A stretch of DNA of 58,692 nucleotides, counting the filler, from Sphacelaria rigidula (taxonomy: Eukaryota), in NCBI GenBank assembly GCA_964200075.2. It is 6 parts of 6 records of this genome, joined end to end, with 100 filler letters (N's around TTAATTAATTAA, not from the genome) between each part and the next. Parts side by side here need not be neighbours in the genome. Positions count along the whole stretch, not along the records: positions 9,801 to 19,500 come from CAXNAA020007938.1; positions 19,601 to 29,298 come from CAXNAA020007939.1; 4 more parts are not named here. The stretch is one strand, 5' to 3'. Shown piece by piece: positions 11,802 through 23,900 of this stretch. The first letter of the stretch is position 1. Every line of letters begins with the position of its first letter. Made by a program: the position numbers and the translations under genes. A model generated the notes under the pieces. That model did not search any database and was not told the DNA's origin. It saw only the letters and a program-made list of their open reading frames with translations.

Positions 11802-12543
11802 AACCCCTAGACCGCGACGGGTAGTCCACCTGGATCACTCAGACTTTTTTCAAGTGGGATTGATGCCGATTCAGCAGGTGACCTGCCCTCGCGGTCAAAG
11901 GGTTAAGGGTCCCCCTGTGCTGAGAAAATTCTCGGCCGTATCGCCGTCTTCGGGCAACACCGGTCTGTCACGTGTCGAGGCCGGATCTGCCTTAATCCTT
12001 AGTCAGCGAGAGTAGGTCATCTGTTAAATCGGCATAAATTTCACTTGAAAAAAGTATGCATGATCCAGATAGCCCTTAGACGAGGAGAGTAGGTCTTCTG
12101 TTGAATCGGCATCATCTTCACTTGAAAAAAGTATGCGTGGTCCAGATGGACTGCCCTCGCCGTCCAAGGGTTAACCCTTAGACCGCGAGATTAGTATTTC
12201 TGGATCATGCAAAAAAAAAATTCACTCGAAATTGATGCCGATTCAACAGAAGACTAACCTCGCCGTCGAAGGATCAAGCCGTATGGCACACTTACAAGTG
12301 CCATGTAGATATCCACGAAATCCGCGACATCTTTTGAGAGGTGAAGTTTAGAGTCTTGGGAGTATTCCAAGGGCAGGTCGAGTAGAGTATGTACTTTCGA
12401 GTACTCGGGTAGAATACCCGGGTATTTACTCTAAGGTTTAACCCTTTGACCGCGAGGGTTGATCACCTGCTGAATCGGCATCAAGTTTCTCTTGAGAGAA
12501 GTTTGCATAGTCAAGATGGACTGCCCTCGCGGTCTAGGGGTTG
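11802..12543. mobile_element. Cluster of about 100-bp piggyBac-like MITEs (5 copies)
   Basis: Units at 11802-11906, 11992-12072, 12073-12174, 12171-12273 and 12438-12543 have termini (TT)AACCCTTAGACCGCGAG...CTCGCGGTCAAAGGGTT(AA). TTAA-CCC ends are typical of piggyBac. More copies at about 41292-41394, 42551-42655, 50608-50708 and 53760-53860. Confidence 0.75.
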
Positions 12544-12559
12544 AGGTTTGGGTAGATTG

Positions 12560-12935
12560 GGTACGACCTTGCATACTGTACCCAAATTTGGTAAGCACTC
12601 TCAGCAATACCTGGGTATAGAGTATCACTTGGGTATAACCTCAGTACTCTACCCAAATTTTGAGCAGATCGGGTACGATATCAATACTCCACAGGCACCG
12701 TAGGCAAAGTAGGTACCCGGTACCGGTATTTGGAACATCTCATACACTACCGATACCGGTTCAATCCGGTATTTTCAAATCTCATACCTAAGATACCAGG
12801 GTATTTCGAGATTTCAATACATACCGTACCCGCCCAATCCGCTATTTTCAAAACTCATACCTACGATACCTACGCATACCACGGTATGGGATACCCCGGA
12901 AAATACCGGGGGTACGCTCGGTACGGTACCTTACG
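12560..12935. repeat. DNA-transposon remnant rich in TACC/GGTA subterminal-type motifs
   Basis: Dense iteration of ATACC/GGTAT/GGTACC motifs in both orientations, with no coherent ORF. Confidence 0.45.
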
Positions 12936-13282
12936 TACGGTGTCTGTCCAATACTCTACCCCGATGGTTGGGCACGGAGAGTATTCCGTTTCAAATCACC
13001 GAGTACCAGGTATGCTCCACCCAGCTTGTCCTTGGAGTGTCCTGCTTGAACTTACAACGGGTATCTGCTGCGCAAGGCATCGTGCAGCGTGTCACCGCCG
13101 GTCTGCAGATGGTTTTGGTGCCCGGCTGCGGTGGTGAATGGGGTACCGTGGCCAGCGGGGCGGCACGGTTACAGGTCGGATTGGCCTCTGCGAGTGAAAT
13201 CGGCCTCACCGCTGTTTGAAGCCGTCCAAGCCGAAAACCCTGGCCTTGACATAATGGCCTTGAAGTGATGGGCCTCAAGGTG

Positions 13283-13500
13283 TAGATTGATTGATTTTAT
13301 GTGATTTGATTGTCGCACTTTAACTGACCCCCCATGGGTCCAGCCGTGGTCGCATGATGGACGTACCCAAGAAAAGCAAAATTGAAACACTCGCTCAAGA
13401 AAAGAAGGAACAGTGGAAAAGTCGAACAGAACGACATAGTAGACTAAGACGAAAAAAAAAGAGGGGGATGAAGAAGTCAACAAAAACAAAGCACAGTAGA
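13283..13500 (-). mobile_element. Retroposon 3'-end fragment with (AATC)n tail; copies at 26770-26990 (+) and 27687-27830 (-)
   Basis: Shared core GACCACGGCTGGA(C/T)CC..GGGGGGTCAGT.AA.GTGCGACA, preceded by T-rich sequence and followed by AATC-type repeats. Present in two different contigs. Confidence 0.7.
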
Positions 13501-13980
13501 GCCCACTGAAAGTGTAACGTGCCACGCCTGCAAAATTTACGGCCCGTTTTAACGGCACAAGAAAAGTTAGAACGAGTCCTTGAGACTGGGAGTGATTTTG
13601 GCGTTCTTGGTATTTTTTTGCTCATGTTTTGCTCTCCCGATTGGTTGATGCTTGATGGGCAACCAATTGGAAGCACAGATAATAAATACATGAACGCCAG
13701 AATCAGTCTCACCCTCACGGCGTGCTCTCACTTTTCTTGTCTCATTGAGGCACGGCCCACACAAGCTCGAGGTGTGCTTGCACTGTCTGGAAAGTATATG
13801 CCGTACGAAGACTGCGCAAGCACAGCAGGAAGAGAGTTGATGTGACGATTGTTTGCATGTATCGCGGCAGTACTCCAGTGCTTGCAAGCGTACACCACTT
13901 GCCAAGACAGCGTGTGCCCCACTAAAACGGCTCAGCCAAGGCGTACAGGCTGGCCCAGCCTACAAGCGGATTTGTACTTT

Positions 13981-14259
13981 GCAGGCGAATTCACAAATTT
14001 TTTCTTGGAGTTGGAAAGTGAAATTTGGTATGGACAATCGAGAGGGCATGAAGAAAAGCTGTCTGTGAGGTCCCAAAGATTTTTGTCTATTTTCGTGAGT
14101 TAAGGGCATTTTACTGAAACCTCAAAACTGATTTTTGCCCTTAATTCACGAGAAAAAAAAATCGCCGGGACCTCACAGACAGCTTTTCTTCATGCCCCCT
14201 TGATTGTCCAATACCAGATTTCACTTTCCAACTCCACGAAAAAATTGCGAATTTACCTT
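13981..14259. repeat. About 280-bp foldback (MITE-like hairpin)
   Basis: GGAGTTGGAAAGTGAAAT...GCATGAAGAAAAGCTGTCTGTGAGGTCCC pairs with GGGACCTCACAGACAGCTTTTCTTCATGC...ATTTCACTTTCCAACTCC. Inner arms GTGAGTTAAGGGCA / TGCCCTTAATTCAC. Confidence 0.85.
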
Positions 14260-14929
14260 CGAAAAACCGAGGCGGCGGAAATTCGGAACAGTATTTTACA
14301 GGCCGTTTATCGGCCCACGTTTGGTGTTTGTGGGTTGAAACTTTGTGCGGGACCTTCCTAGGTCGTGATGAACGAACAAAAATGGGGAAGATTGGATTTT
14401 ATTATTATTTTTCACTGATTGAGGGCGTTTTAGTATGGTAACAACCATTTTTTTACTAGAACGCCCGAAGCTCGCATGAAAAAAATAAATAACATGAACG
14501 CCCATTTTTTTTCATGTACTCAACATACCTCTATTGTTCTCCATGCCAAGTTTCAAATCACAATTCTAAAAATTGAGCTGAAAAAATGAGATAAGGCCCA
14601 AGAGCAATATTCATTTCTCCTCAAAACCCCCCTAGAAACACGAAAAAAGATAAGAAAAAAACGAAAAAAAACCCGAAAGAGCTGTGTTTTAATTCCGTTA
14701 TGCACTAGCGGTTCTCCATACCAAATTTCATAGCACAACTCTCATTAACTGAGACGCGATATCCAGATTCAGGTCATCTAGTGCCTCCGCTCGTAATATA
14801 CTGGTTTTAGTATCGAACCTTATGTGCTCCATTTCTCGAGATAGATGACGAATTAGGTGAAAGTGGGGGTATATATCGTCTCCCCGTGCTCCAGGGAGGG
14901 TCCACATCAAAAATCGTCACCATCCGCTT

Positions 14930-15168
14930 GATCGATCGTTCGGGGTTTCATATAGATTTTAGTGTGGATGCTATCATCGCTAGGTATAGGAATTAATATA
15001 CATGGGGTTTACTCGACGAGGAATAAATTGGCACAGATTTTTGAGCAGATGGGCATCTTCTCCTTGATTAGACGATTAATACGATATGCGGATCACGGCC
15101 CAACTCGTCTGTGTCGTTGAAATATCGCTTTGAGAGCTTAAATCCGTTTTTAGGCTGGCCCAGCTCGT
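14930..15168. mobile_element. Second copy of the Tc1/mariner-like element end
   Basis: Aligns by eye with 9801-10036 and ends GGCTGGCCCAGCTCGTA. Confidence 0.6.
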
Positions 15169-17769
15169 AGGAGCCCCCATTATTTTACTTTTTCAAGCAT
15201 GATTTTTGTTACCGAGAAAGGGTTGACCAATTTCTCTTGTTCCTCATATTTCACCATACTCTTCGACGGAAAAAAGGCCTGGACAGAAGACGTTCTTGAA
15301 TCACATGTGGTCATCGGGTCAACTCACGCGCTGCTTGCTTCCGTCTAATTCGCCAGAAAGGCTGCACGTGTTCATGGAATTCCATGTACTAGGAAAGTAC
15401 GGGGGAGGACCAGGTTCACCGCGGTTACAAAGTAATCCACGGCATGATCCATCTGTGTTAATGTACTTCCTCCAGCACAGAAGCAAAGTCGGTTATGTTT
15501 AAACGGGCGCTTGATCGTGTCCGATGACGTTAGCAATGATATTTTGAAATCTTTGTCATTTTCTTGGCTCACCTCCCACAGATAGGGGTAACTCAAAGTG
15601 AATTAAAATATCTTCGCGCAAAGCACGATCATGGTCGAGCGTTTGAAAATGGCAAAAGTTGAGGACCCACCCGAAATCAGGAAAAGAACTATCGAATGGG
15701 ACATGTCCTGTACCACTGTGCTGCAGCACAAACACACTCATGCTCTGTCTTGCGTACTGTAGGTGCCGCTGCACTGTGACGTCTTCAGCTTCATGTGGAA
15801 ACGGTTTGATCTCCGCTGGGGATGCCTGAGTTGCTTTATATTGTCATCCCGTTTGAGTCTATGAAAAATAATGTTGTCGGCAAGCATTGCTCTTTATACA
15901 CTGTTTAAACGTCCACGGTGTGTTGGCTGTTTCGTCTCGAGTAAAAACGAAAAAGGCGCTCCCCAAACCCATCATTTGTATGATGTAGTTGCCGCTGTGC
16001 TGTTGTGCCTCTAGACACTCTACGGAGAGTGCCTGAACAGTTGTACTGCTGCTGCATGCTGTGTTCCGGTCTGCGCAGAATTGGGGTTGGCTCAAAGTGT
16101 TGTCCGAACAAAAAAAAGGTTGAAACATTAGTCACGTGACGGCTGCGCAGCTGTCTGTTGCGTCTTCTTTGGTACTTCAGTTAAAGTCGGGTGCTGTGAT
16201 CGGGAAAGACACGCAAGGCGGGTGCGTGTAGGTTGGCGCAAACAAACTGAGTCAGCACGGAGCTGCTGCATCCTTCTTTATTGACGGTAGCAGCTGTCTA
16301 TGTCGCAGCGACGCAGTGTGTGGGTCAATCAGACCTACTCCTCGACTCATATTCCACTCGTTCTTCTCATCAGATCGAAGAAAAGTCGCCGCATGTTGGT
16401 GTTTTCCGAGACTACCATTGAAAAACCTTTCCACTCATGATTCTTGCACCCATCTGTGGGCCCAGTGCCATTCATTTTAGTTAACTCCCGTCCTTTCTTC
16501 TTCTTTTGACGCAGCCTTCAGCATGGACCAGCGGCTGAAACAAAAGCAGTTTGCCCGGAAATGGACGTTTTTTCCCCGTTTTCCGGAAAGAGGGAAGAAA
16601 ACTGAAACTCGGAAAAATGGCATAAAACGCAAGAATGTGCAAAAAAATGTTTTTTGTTTGCGCTTCATCGTTGATAGACGATACCTACGCCTCGTCTAAA
16701 AGCGTGTGATCATGTTGTGGACTGCATTCACCACAAACACAGGCAAAAGTCGTTCAAATTCGGCCGAAAGCGGTACAAATTGGACGAAATCGGCCTAAAT
16801 TTGATCACATTCGACCCACGATTTCTCTACGAAAACAACTCGGAGATTTTTTTTTCCCGTGAGCATCTCCGTCACTGTATCTTTCCAAAGGATCTAACTG
16901 CAGCATTTTACACGCTCCTATCCAAAAGATACTATCTGTGCCCCATAACCGACTTTACGCATGTGTTGGCGAAAGTGAGACGGCAGTGAGTATGGCTTGC
17001 TTTGTCGACATCGGAAATGACCAGGATGGTCGCCGTAAGCCGCCGGGGGAGGGAACCACGTGGGACGGATTGTAAACTCCAGTTTTGAAGAAAGCCTACG
17101 AGCTCGGCCAGGCAAGAACTCCTACACGGTGGCTGAACAGTTCTGTCAGATAGGAGCTGATATTTCAACACGAGATTAACATCAATACGCGGAATGTTGC
17201 GGAAATTCCTGAGAGAAACAAAAAAACGTGAGAGCGATTTGAAGTTTCCGGACTAAATAAATGTCATGCGTAAAATTGATGCAAAAAACTGTGGGAATTT
17301 CCGTGCCCAATTTTTCCATCGTGTGCAGAGAAGGTCCGGGCAAAATTTCGGCTAAATCCTAAAATTGGGCAGGGAATTCCATTTTTGTGTGACACCGCTG
17401 CACCCCTGTGTCTAACTGGCATGAGAGGTGTAGCATTCTCATCAGAGCGATGCTAGGGAGCACAGCAGGGGGAAATTCTGTAAGATCCTGAACAACAGAG
17501 TAGGAATGATGCTTTTGTAGGAACGATGCTATTATAGAGAAATAAGAAAAATCAGCGAAGGTCAAGCAGCTCTCAGATCAAGCCGTAGCTGCGCAGACCA
17601 CGTGTACACATCAGAAAGATTGAGATTATCCAAGGTAAGCAAGACGCTGGGCTGACAAAGTACTGCTTCTTTATGGACGTACAAAAGGACTGACTCAGTA
17701 TGGAGAAACGAGCCGAGGAAAACATTGTGGTAAACTGGGATCAGGGGAAAGACGTCGAGAATGATCAAG

Positions 17770-19325
17770 ATGACAGTGCCAAAAGCGTTATGATGGTAGA
17801 CGGGGAAATATCGAAATATTTTGTATTTTACAAGGAGTGCACAAGATGTGCGTTATCTCCCACTTTGTTCAAGGTATTAATTCATGACCTGATAATAGCA
17901 ATAGAAGCAGCAAAGCAAGGAGTCAAGGTGGGAGAAGATATGGTATCAGGATTGATGTATGCGGATGACTTTGTGGGGATCTCAGAAACACCAGAAGGAT
18001 TACAGCAGCAGACAGAGAAGGCCCTGGGATACATGAGGAAATGAAGAGTGACAGCGAACGTTAACGAATGTGCGGTACTTGTATGTAATGAAGATGAGAA
18101 AAATCCAGTAGATTTCGAATGGAAGTGAGAAGAGGAACTACCGATCGTAGACCAGTATACATACCTTGGCGTGGAGATCTCAAAAACTGTTTTTGGGATA
18201 CACACATAAATAAAGTAATAGAAAGTAAGTAAGCGGTAAGAAACAGATAGGCGGGATGGACGTGATCCTCAGAGACCCCCACCTAGATACTAGGATTAAG
18301 GGATGTATCCTGATAAACGTGATTGTACCAAAGCTGGAATATGCTGAAGTATGGGACGGGAACGCGAAGTTGGTGAAGAACCCGAAAACAGTACAGATGG
18401 CAGCATCTGAGAAAATACTTGGATGCTCGAAAACGACGAGTAGTACAGCATTTGAATGCAGAGTTGGGGACGTACCAACTCAAAATAAACAGACTTGAGA
18501 AAATTGAGATGGTTATAGAGAGTGAAGAAGATACAGAGAAAGAGATTGCCAGTCATAGTTGACAAGACTGTATGGAACAAAGTCACAAAAGGGAAGGCTG
18601 GAATAAGGTGCGATAGAGAAGTCGAGAAAGTATGGAAGGAGATAGAAGGAAACAACGACGAAATACTGCCCACAGGTGAATGTGGTGGGTACAAGACAAA
18701 AGCAAGAGACATATTGGAAGTAAGGGAAGAAGAAACGCTCAGACACAAATTAGACGAGGAAGGACACCTGAAGATATACGGGGGGTTGATAGAGGGGATA
18801 GGGATGGAAATATTTTTTCATTGCCCAGTGGTCAATGGACGCGACGCGAAAACTGAAACTGCGATTTCGGGATGAGGACTTGGATCTGCCAAAAAGAAGA
18901 CAGGGAAACACCAGCAGTCGAGAGAAGGAGAAAGTAGATGCAAAGAATTGCCCCTGTGGCGAAAGCAATATAGAGCAGAACTTATTCAGTGGCGGAATAT
19001 GAACTATACAATGAGAAACGAGACGTGCTAGATGGGGATATACGGGACGTGAACGAAGTTGGCATGAAACCGCTTGACGCATTAGACAGTAGCGAGAGAA
19101 CGATGGCTATACAAGGAGATAAATGGTGGCCACAGACGGAGAAACAGGGCGGGGACAAGGTATGCAAACGGTTTCTGTGTAACGCATGGAAAAAACGTGA
19201 TGAGCACGGAAATGTCGGAAGTGTCTCCAATAAGAGTAGGGACGGTGCTCCGTCTCGAAAGGGACGCGTGGTCAATGGTCAAACGACCAAGGCAAGCAAG
19301 AAATTAGTACCCTCCCCCCGCCCCA
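17770..19325 (+). mobile_element. 5'-truncated, decayed LINE (non-LTR retrotransposon ORF2 RT and 3' end)
   Basis: CALSPTLFKVLIHDL...GLMYADDFV (RT YADD), YTYLGVEIS, PKLEYAEVW and a C-terminal CPCG remnant. Many stops and frameshifts. Ends GGTCAATGGTC...GCAAGCAAG...TAGTACCCTCCCCCC. Confidence 0.9.
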
Positions 19326-20994
19326 CCGCGGTGTGACGTACCCATGAGGCAGTGTATAACCTATGGCTGTCTCTGAAAGTGGCGATATCAAAAAAATAAA
19401 GCAACTCATCGGAGGCTGTCATCCAAAGGCAAGATGAATCAGTAGGCTTCGGGCCGAACAATCTCAGAAGGATGTAGCTCACCCTGCATGCGACTCGCCG
19501 NNNNNNNNNNNNNNNNNNNNNNNNNNNNNNNNNNNNNNNNNNNNTTAATTAATTAANNNNNNNNNNNNNNNNNNNNNNNNNNNNNNNNNNNNNNNNNNNN
19601 ATGATCATGAGTACACCCCTCCCCCCCGCTACAGCAGTGTTATCGCGCGACTCCGCTTAAGCTAAAGCCTGAGATTCGAACCTCTAGGGACAAGACCTGA
19701 CGAGTTTACTAATATCCAATCCACTAATGTGGCATGAGATATTCCACGAGACGTTGTGGATATATGCGCACGTTGGACGACACTTGCAAGACTTGTACGA
19801 GACAATACCGTGACTTTTTTTTTCAGAGTAAATCCTCAACGGAGGAGCAAATACATGTACATTTTGGTCACTTTGACGACAAACCTGCATTATTATTTTA
19901 TTTTTTTACCAATCTGTTTGCGGACATACGCGTATGTGGGGCAGAACGGTTTCTTGCCAAGACATCGTCACTCGTGACGATGAATGACTTCTGAAAAAAA
20001 ATATTTGACTGAAATGTGGTGAAAGACGTGATTAAACCATGATGGGATTATTTTGGCCAAAGTCATGGATATTTCCACCATTACGTGAACATGGTCATGT
20101 TTGAACAGATTGTGACAAAATGTGGCCGTGAAAAAAAATTGTTGACGAGACGAGACAAGACAAGACACGATATGGCTGATGTGGGCAAAACATGATGTAT
20201 TCGGGGGTCCTAAGCCAACAGCGTCAATCTTGTTTGCCCAGTGATCAATGCATCAGTGGAACGAACGTACGAGGATGAATATCGAAAAAAATATGTGGGT
20301 GTTTTCTGATACAACCACCTGGGGTCTTAATTCAACAGGTGTGAAATACCCACCATTTCGATGGTTCGAAATTCCAAGATCGAGTATCAGGTTTCAACTT
20401 GTCGTTTCATGGAGGTAAGAGTGAATATAAAGTGGTGATGGGGTGAACGCGCACGCAACATTGCAACCGACTGGGGTCCTAATTCATCAGTGGTGCAAGG
20501 TTGGTGGTTATTTCCCCATACTTCGAGTAGTGGAAGAGCCCGACAAAGATGAACATATATTAACTTATTTCACTGAACCCACCATCATAGTGGCGAGGCG
20601 TACCGGCCTTGAAATCCGGGGAACGAAATTCGGGATTCACTAACAAAATAAATACAGAGACGACGAACCACTTGACTCCGTGACGTAATCCAATTTTTCA
20701 CTCCAATGAGGACACAAGACAAAACAAGATCAATAAATATACTGATGAATGAATACGGTACTTGTGTGTACAAGGTACATGAAACAAACACAAGAACAAA
20801 AACACCACAAACCATCAGTGGCGAGACTAAACAAGAGGGGGAAAAATGAATGAATATAATGAGGTGATACTCCATGTTACCTCCATGAAAAGTGTGACAA
20901 AAACAAAAAATGAAAATAAAACAAATGAAAAAAAATTCCCGAGGACGTACACTTGGTAGCAAAATTGATCGGCCACCTATGACTTCGTTGTATC

Positions 20995-23900
20995 ACGCCC
21001 CCGGCCAAACCCCCAGGAAAGAGACACATGACTGTCGAAGCACGACAGTGGACGTGGACGGTCGGCTCGACAAAACGGACGGTATACATGAAGACATATG
21101 TACACTCAAGTCCTCACTGAGGGTGCGGTATATCACCCTAGTTGACACACACAAGACAAAAATATAACCATGTTCGACATGGTTTGCAACGGCGAAGACC
21201 AGACGAGTTGTATAGAACACATGTGGCAAGGACATATGCCGCTATAACTAGTATGTACGAACGGCAGAAAAAAAAAGACGGGACGACAAACTTGCCAAAA
21301 ACATACAAGAGTATTCTGACCACATCTCGTGGCAGTCACGGCGCTGCTACTTCTTTACTGTACAGGGAGCATCAAACGCTGATGAGTCCGCCGACAAGGT
21401 GACTGCCCGGTACGACTCTTTCATTTCCCGGCACTGGGGAACTTCTCTATGATGCTTCCAAACTCCTATCGCTGGTGGATGACCTTTCAGCAAAAAGTGG
21501 TACTGGAAATTTGTCGACGATGCGCTGCCAACTCCGCGCTTGTCACCGTCGATGCCTTCGACCGTGTGGGGACCCAGCTTGACTGCATTGAGGGAACCCT
21601 CGAGGTCGGGGACTGGAAACTTTGTGCCTAAAAACAAGTAATCGAGAGCTGAGAGATTGGGGACGGACGAATCGAGGGGCGGGTGGTCTTTTTCAACCTT
21701 CCGAGATGAACAATGATTTGAGACATTTCACCATCTTTACAGACACCGTAAAGAACGGGAGACGAGTAAGCACGGACAGTGTAAGGACGACACCATGGGC
21801 TGACGATCTTGGGGTTAGGTCCATCAGTTGTAGTGTACGGACGGTTGAGCAGAACTTGCTCTCCCATTTTGAACTGGGGAAACATAACTTAGCATTGACG
21901 GACGCTTGTGAATCAGCTCGCTCTGTAAGATTACGTCGGGCTAACTCACACGCGAGTTGTAACCGCTCGACGGTCTGCCTAGTATACTCCAACGAAGACT
22001 GTGGAGCCGATGTCGACAGGACACCGAGAATGACATCTACTGGCAACACTGCAGGGCGGCCAAACATGAGGAAGTGCGGCGTTTCTTGCAGTGTAGTAGA
22101 GTAGAGGCAGTATTATGCGCGAGTTGTACGAAGGGCAAAAAACCAGCCCAATTGCGGCACGCAATTTCACTGTACATAGCGAGCATGTTGTGAACGGTAC
22201 TATGAACACGCTCGAGAACAGAGTTGCCTTGGGGACGGTAGGCAGAGGTACGAGTTGTTTTATACCCAAAAACGGTTTGGAGTTCTTTGACAAGTTGGTT
22301 TTCGAACTCCCTACCGAGGTCGGAATGTAAGGTCTCTGGTGGACCGAAGACAGAGATGACACGTGTGACTAGCTGACGGGCGATGGTAGTCGCGAGGTTG
22401 TCAGGCACGGCGATCAAAGCGACAAACCGTGTTAAATGGTCGATGGCAGACATAATGTAACGGGTTACCTCGAGAGAGGATTTTATGCTCGACCAAGTCT
22501 ACTGCTACACACTGACAGACGCGGGTGACTTCCCGGTGTCCCATGGAGAGCTGAGGTGTGCGGCGAGACGTTTTACGGTGTTGGCAAGACTGAAAATGAT
22601 CAATATGACGTTGAACATCGGCATGGATAGAGGGCCACCGATAGCGATCTGTAATCCGGTCAAAAGTGGCTTTGAAGGCCGAGTGACCACCTGACGCGTG
22701 CAAATCGTGACATGCGTTAATTACTAACAACCGAAATGCGCTGAGAACTACCAACTGATCGCGAAGATCCGATCGTTTACGCAAATTACCCGGTAAGTAT
22801 GACCTGAAAAGCCGTCCTCCCGGAAGGAAGAAATGACTCATCGTGTACTTGGTTTCTTGACGTGGGAGTGGACTAAACTCTGGTTTACGCAGGTGTGCAA
22901 AATATTGACTGTACTCTGCTTCCTGTTGGGTGGTGAACTGGTCGGGATCAACAAGGAGGAATACTGGCACAGCGCTCGCGAATAGATCGCGATCACTTTC
23001 AACGGGGGCGATATCATTCAGGTTGTGAGCTGACACCTCAAACTCACGGGGTGACGGTGAATGATACGATTGATCGTCGGGGACATTCCGAAAAATTGCC
23101 GCAAGGCGAGGTTTAGTGACAACATCCTCACCGTTTGTATCGCCAAACAAACGTGGCAACGCATCGGGCGTCTACTAAAATACGCGATGATACTAACATC
23201 ATTGAGGAACTGGAAGTTTGAGGTGGTGTTACCAAGAAAAGCACCCAGAGCAACCCCTGAGGCGTCTGTGTGTACGACAAACTCTTTTGTGAGATCCGGG
23301 AATTTCAAGACTGGTTCAGCTGTCAACACACTTTTGATGTGTTCAAAAGCTGCAGACTGTTCAGGGTCCCAAGCTTTCAAAAAGTTAGGTTTTTTCTTAC
23401 AACCTTTTTGTGTGATAGCGACGAGGGGATCGGTAATTTCGGCGTAGTATTTGATAAAACGCTTGACAAAGTTAACCATAACTGGAACTGACCGAAGTTG
23501 TTTGATTGACTTCGGGGGCTCGAGATCGCAGATGGCTTGAATGCGGTCTTTACCGATGGAGATACCTTGGGCAGTAATGACGTGACCTAGATACGTGACT
23601 TCCCTGGGACCGAACTGAATTTTGGACGGTTTGAGGGTCAGACCTGCTGCTTGTCATGCAAAAAACATGAGACGAGGAGACTTGAGGTGTTCGTCAAATG
23701 TGTTACTGATACACAAAATATCATCAAAATAACACAGTATACCAGAGTGTGAACCCAGATGTCTAAAGACAATAGACATCATACGTTGATACAACCAAGG
23801 GGTAGACATGACACCAAACGGCATGCGTAAAAACACATATGTGCCGGACGGGGTAGTGAAAGCTGTCTTGTCTACATCCTGAGCTGCGACCTGAAGTTGC

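Noticed and set aside
15200..16530. Coding-like minus-strand fragments (e.g. GHVPFDSSFPDFGWVLNF, GVGLIDPHTASLRH)
   Set aside because: They are interrupted by stops and I cannot assign a family or a consistent splice path.
21381..21410. CTGATGA hammerhead-like cores (also 43560, 49065 and CTGAAGA at 157, 5520)
   Set aside because: There is no correctly placed stem II plus GAAA, so no ribozyme is supported.
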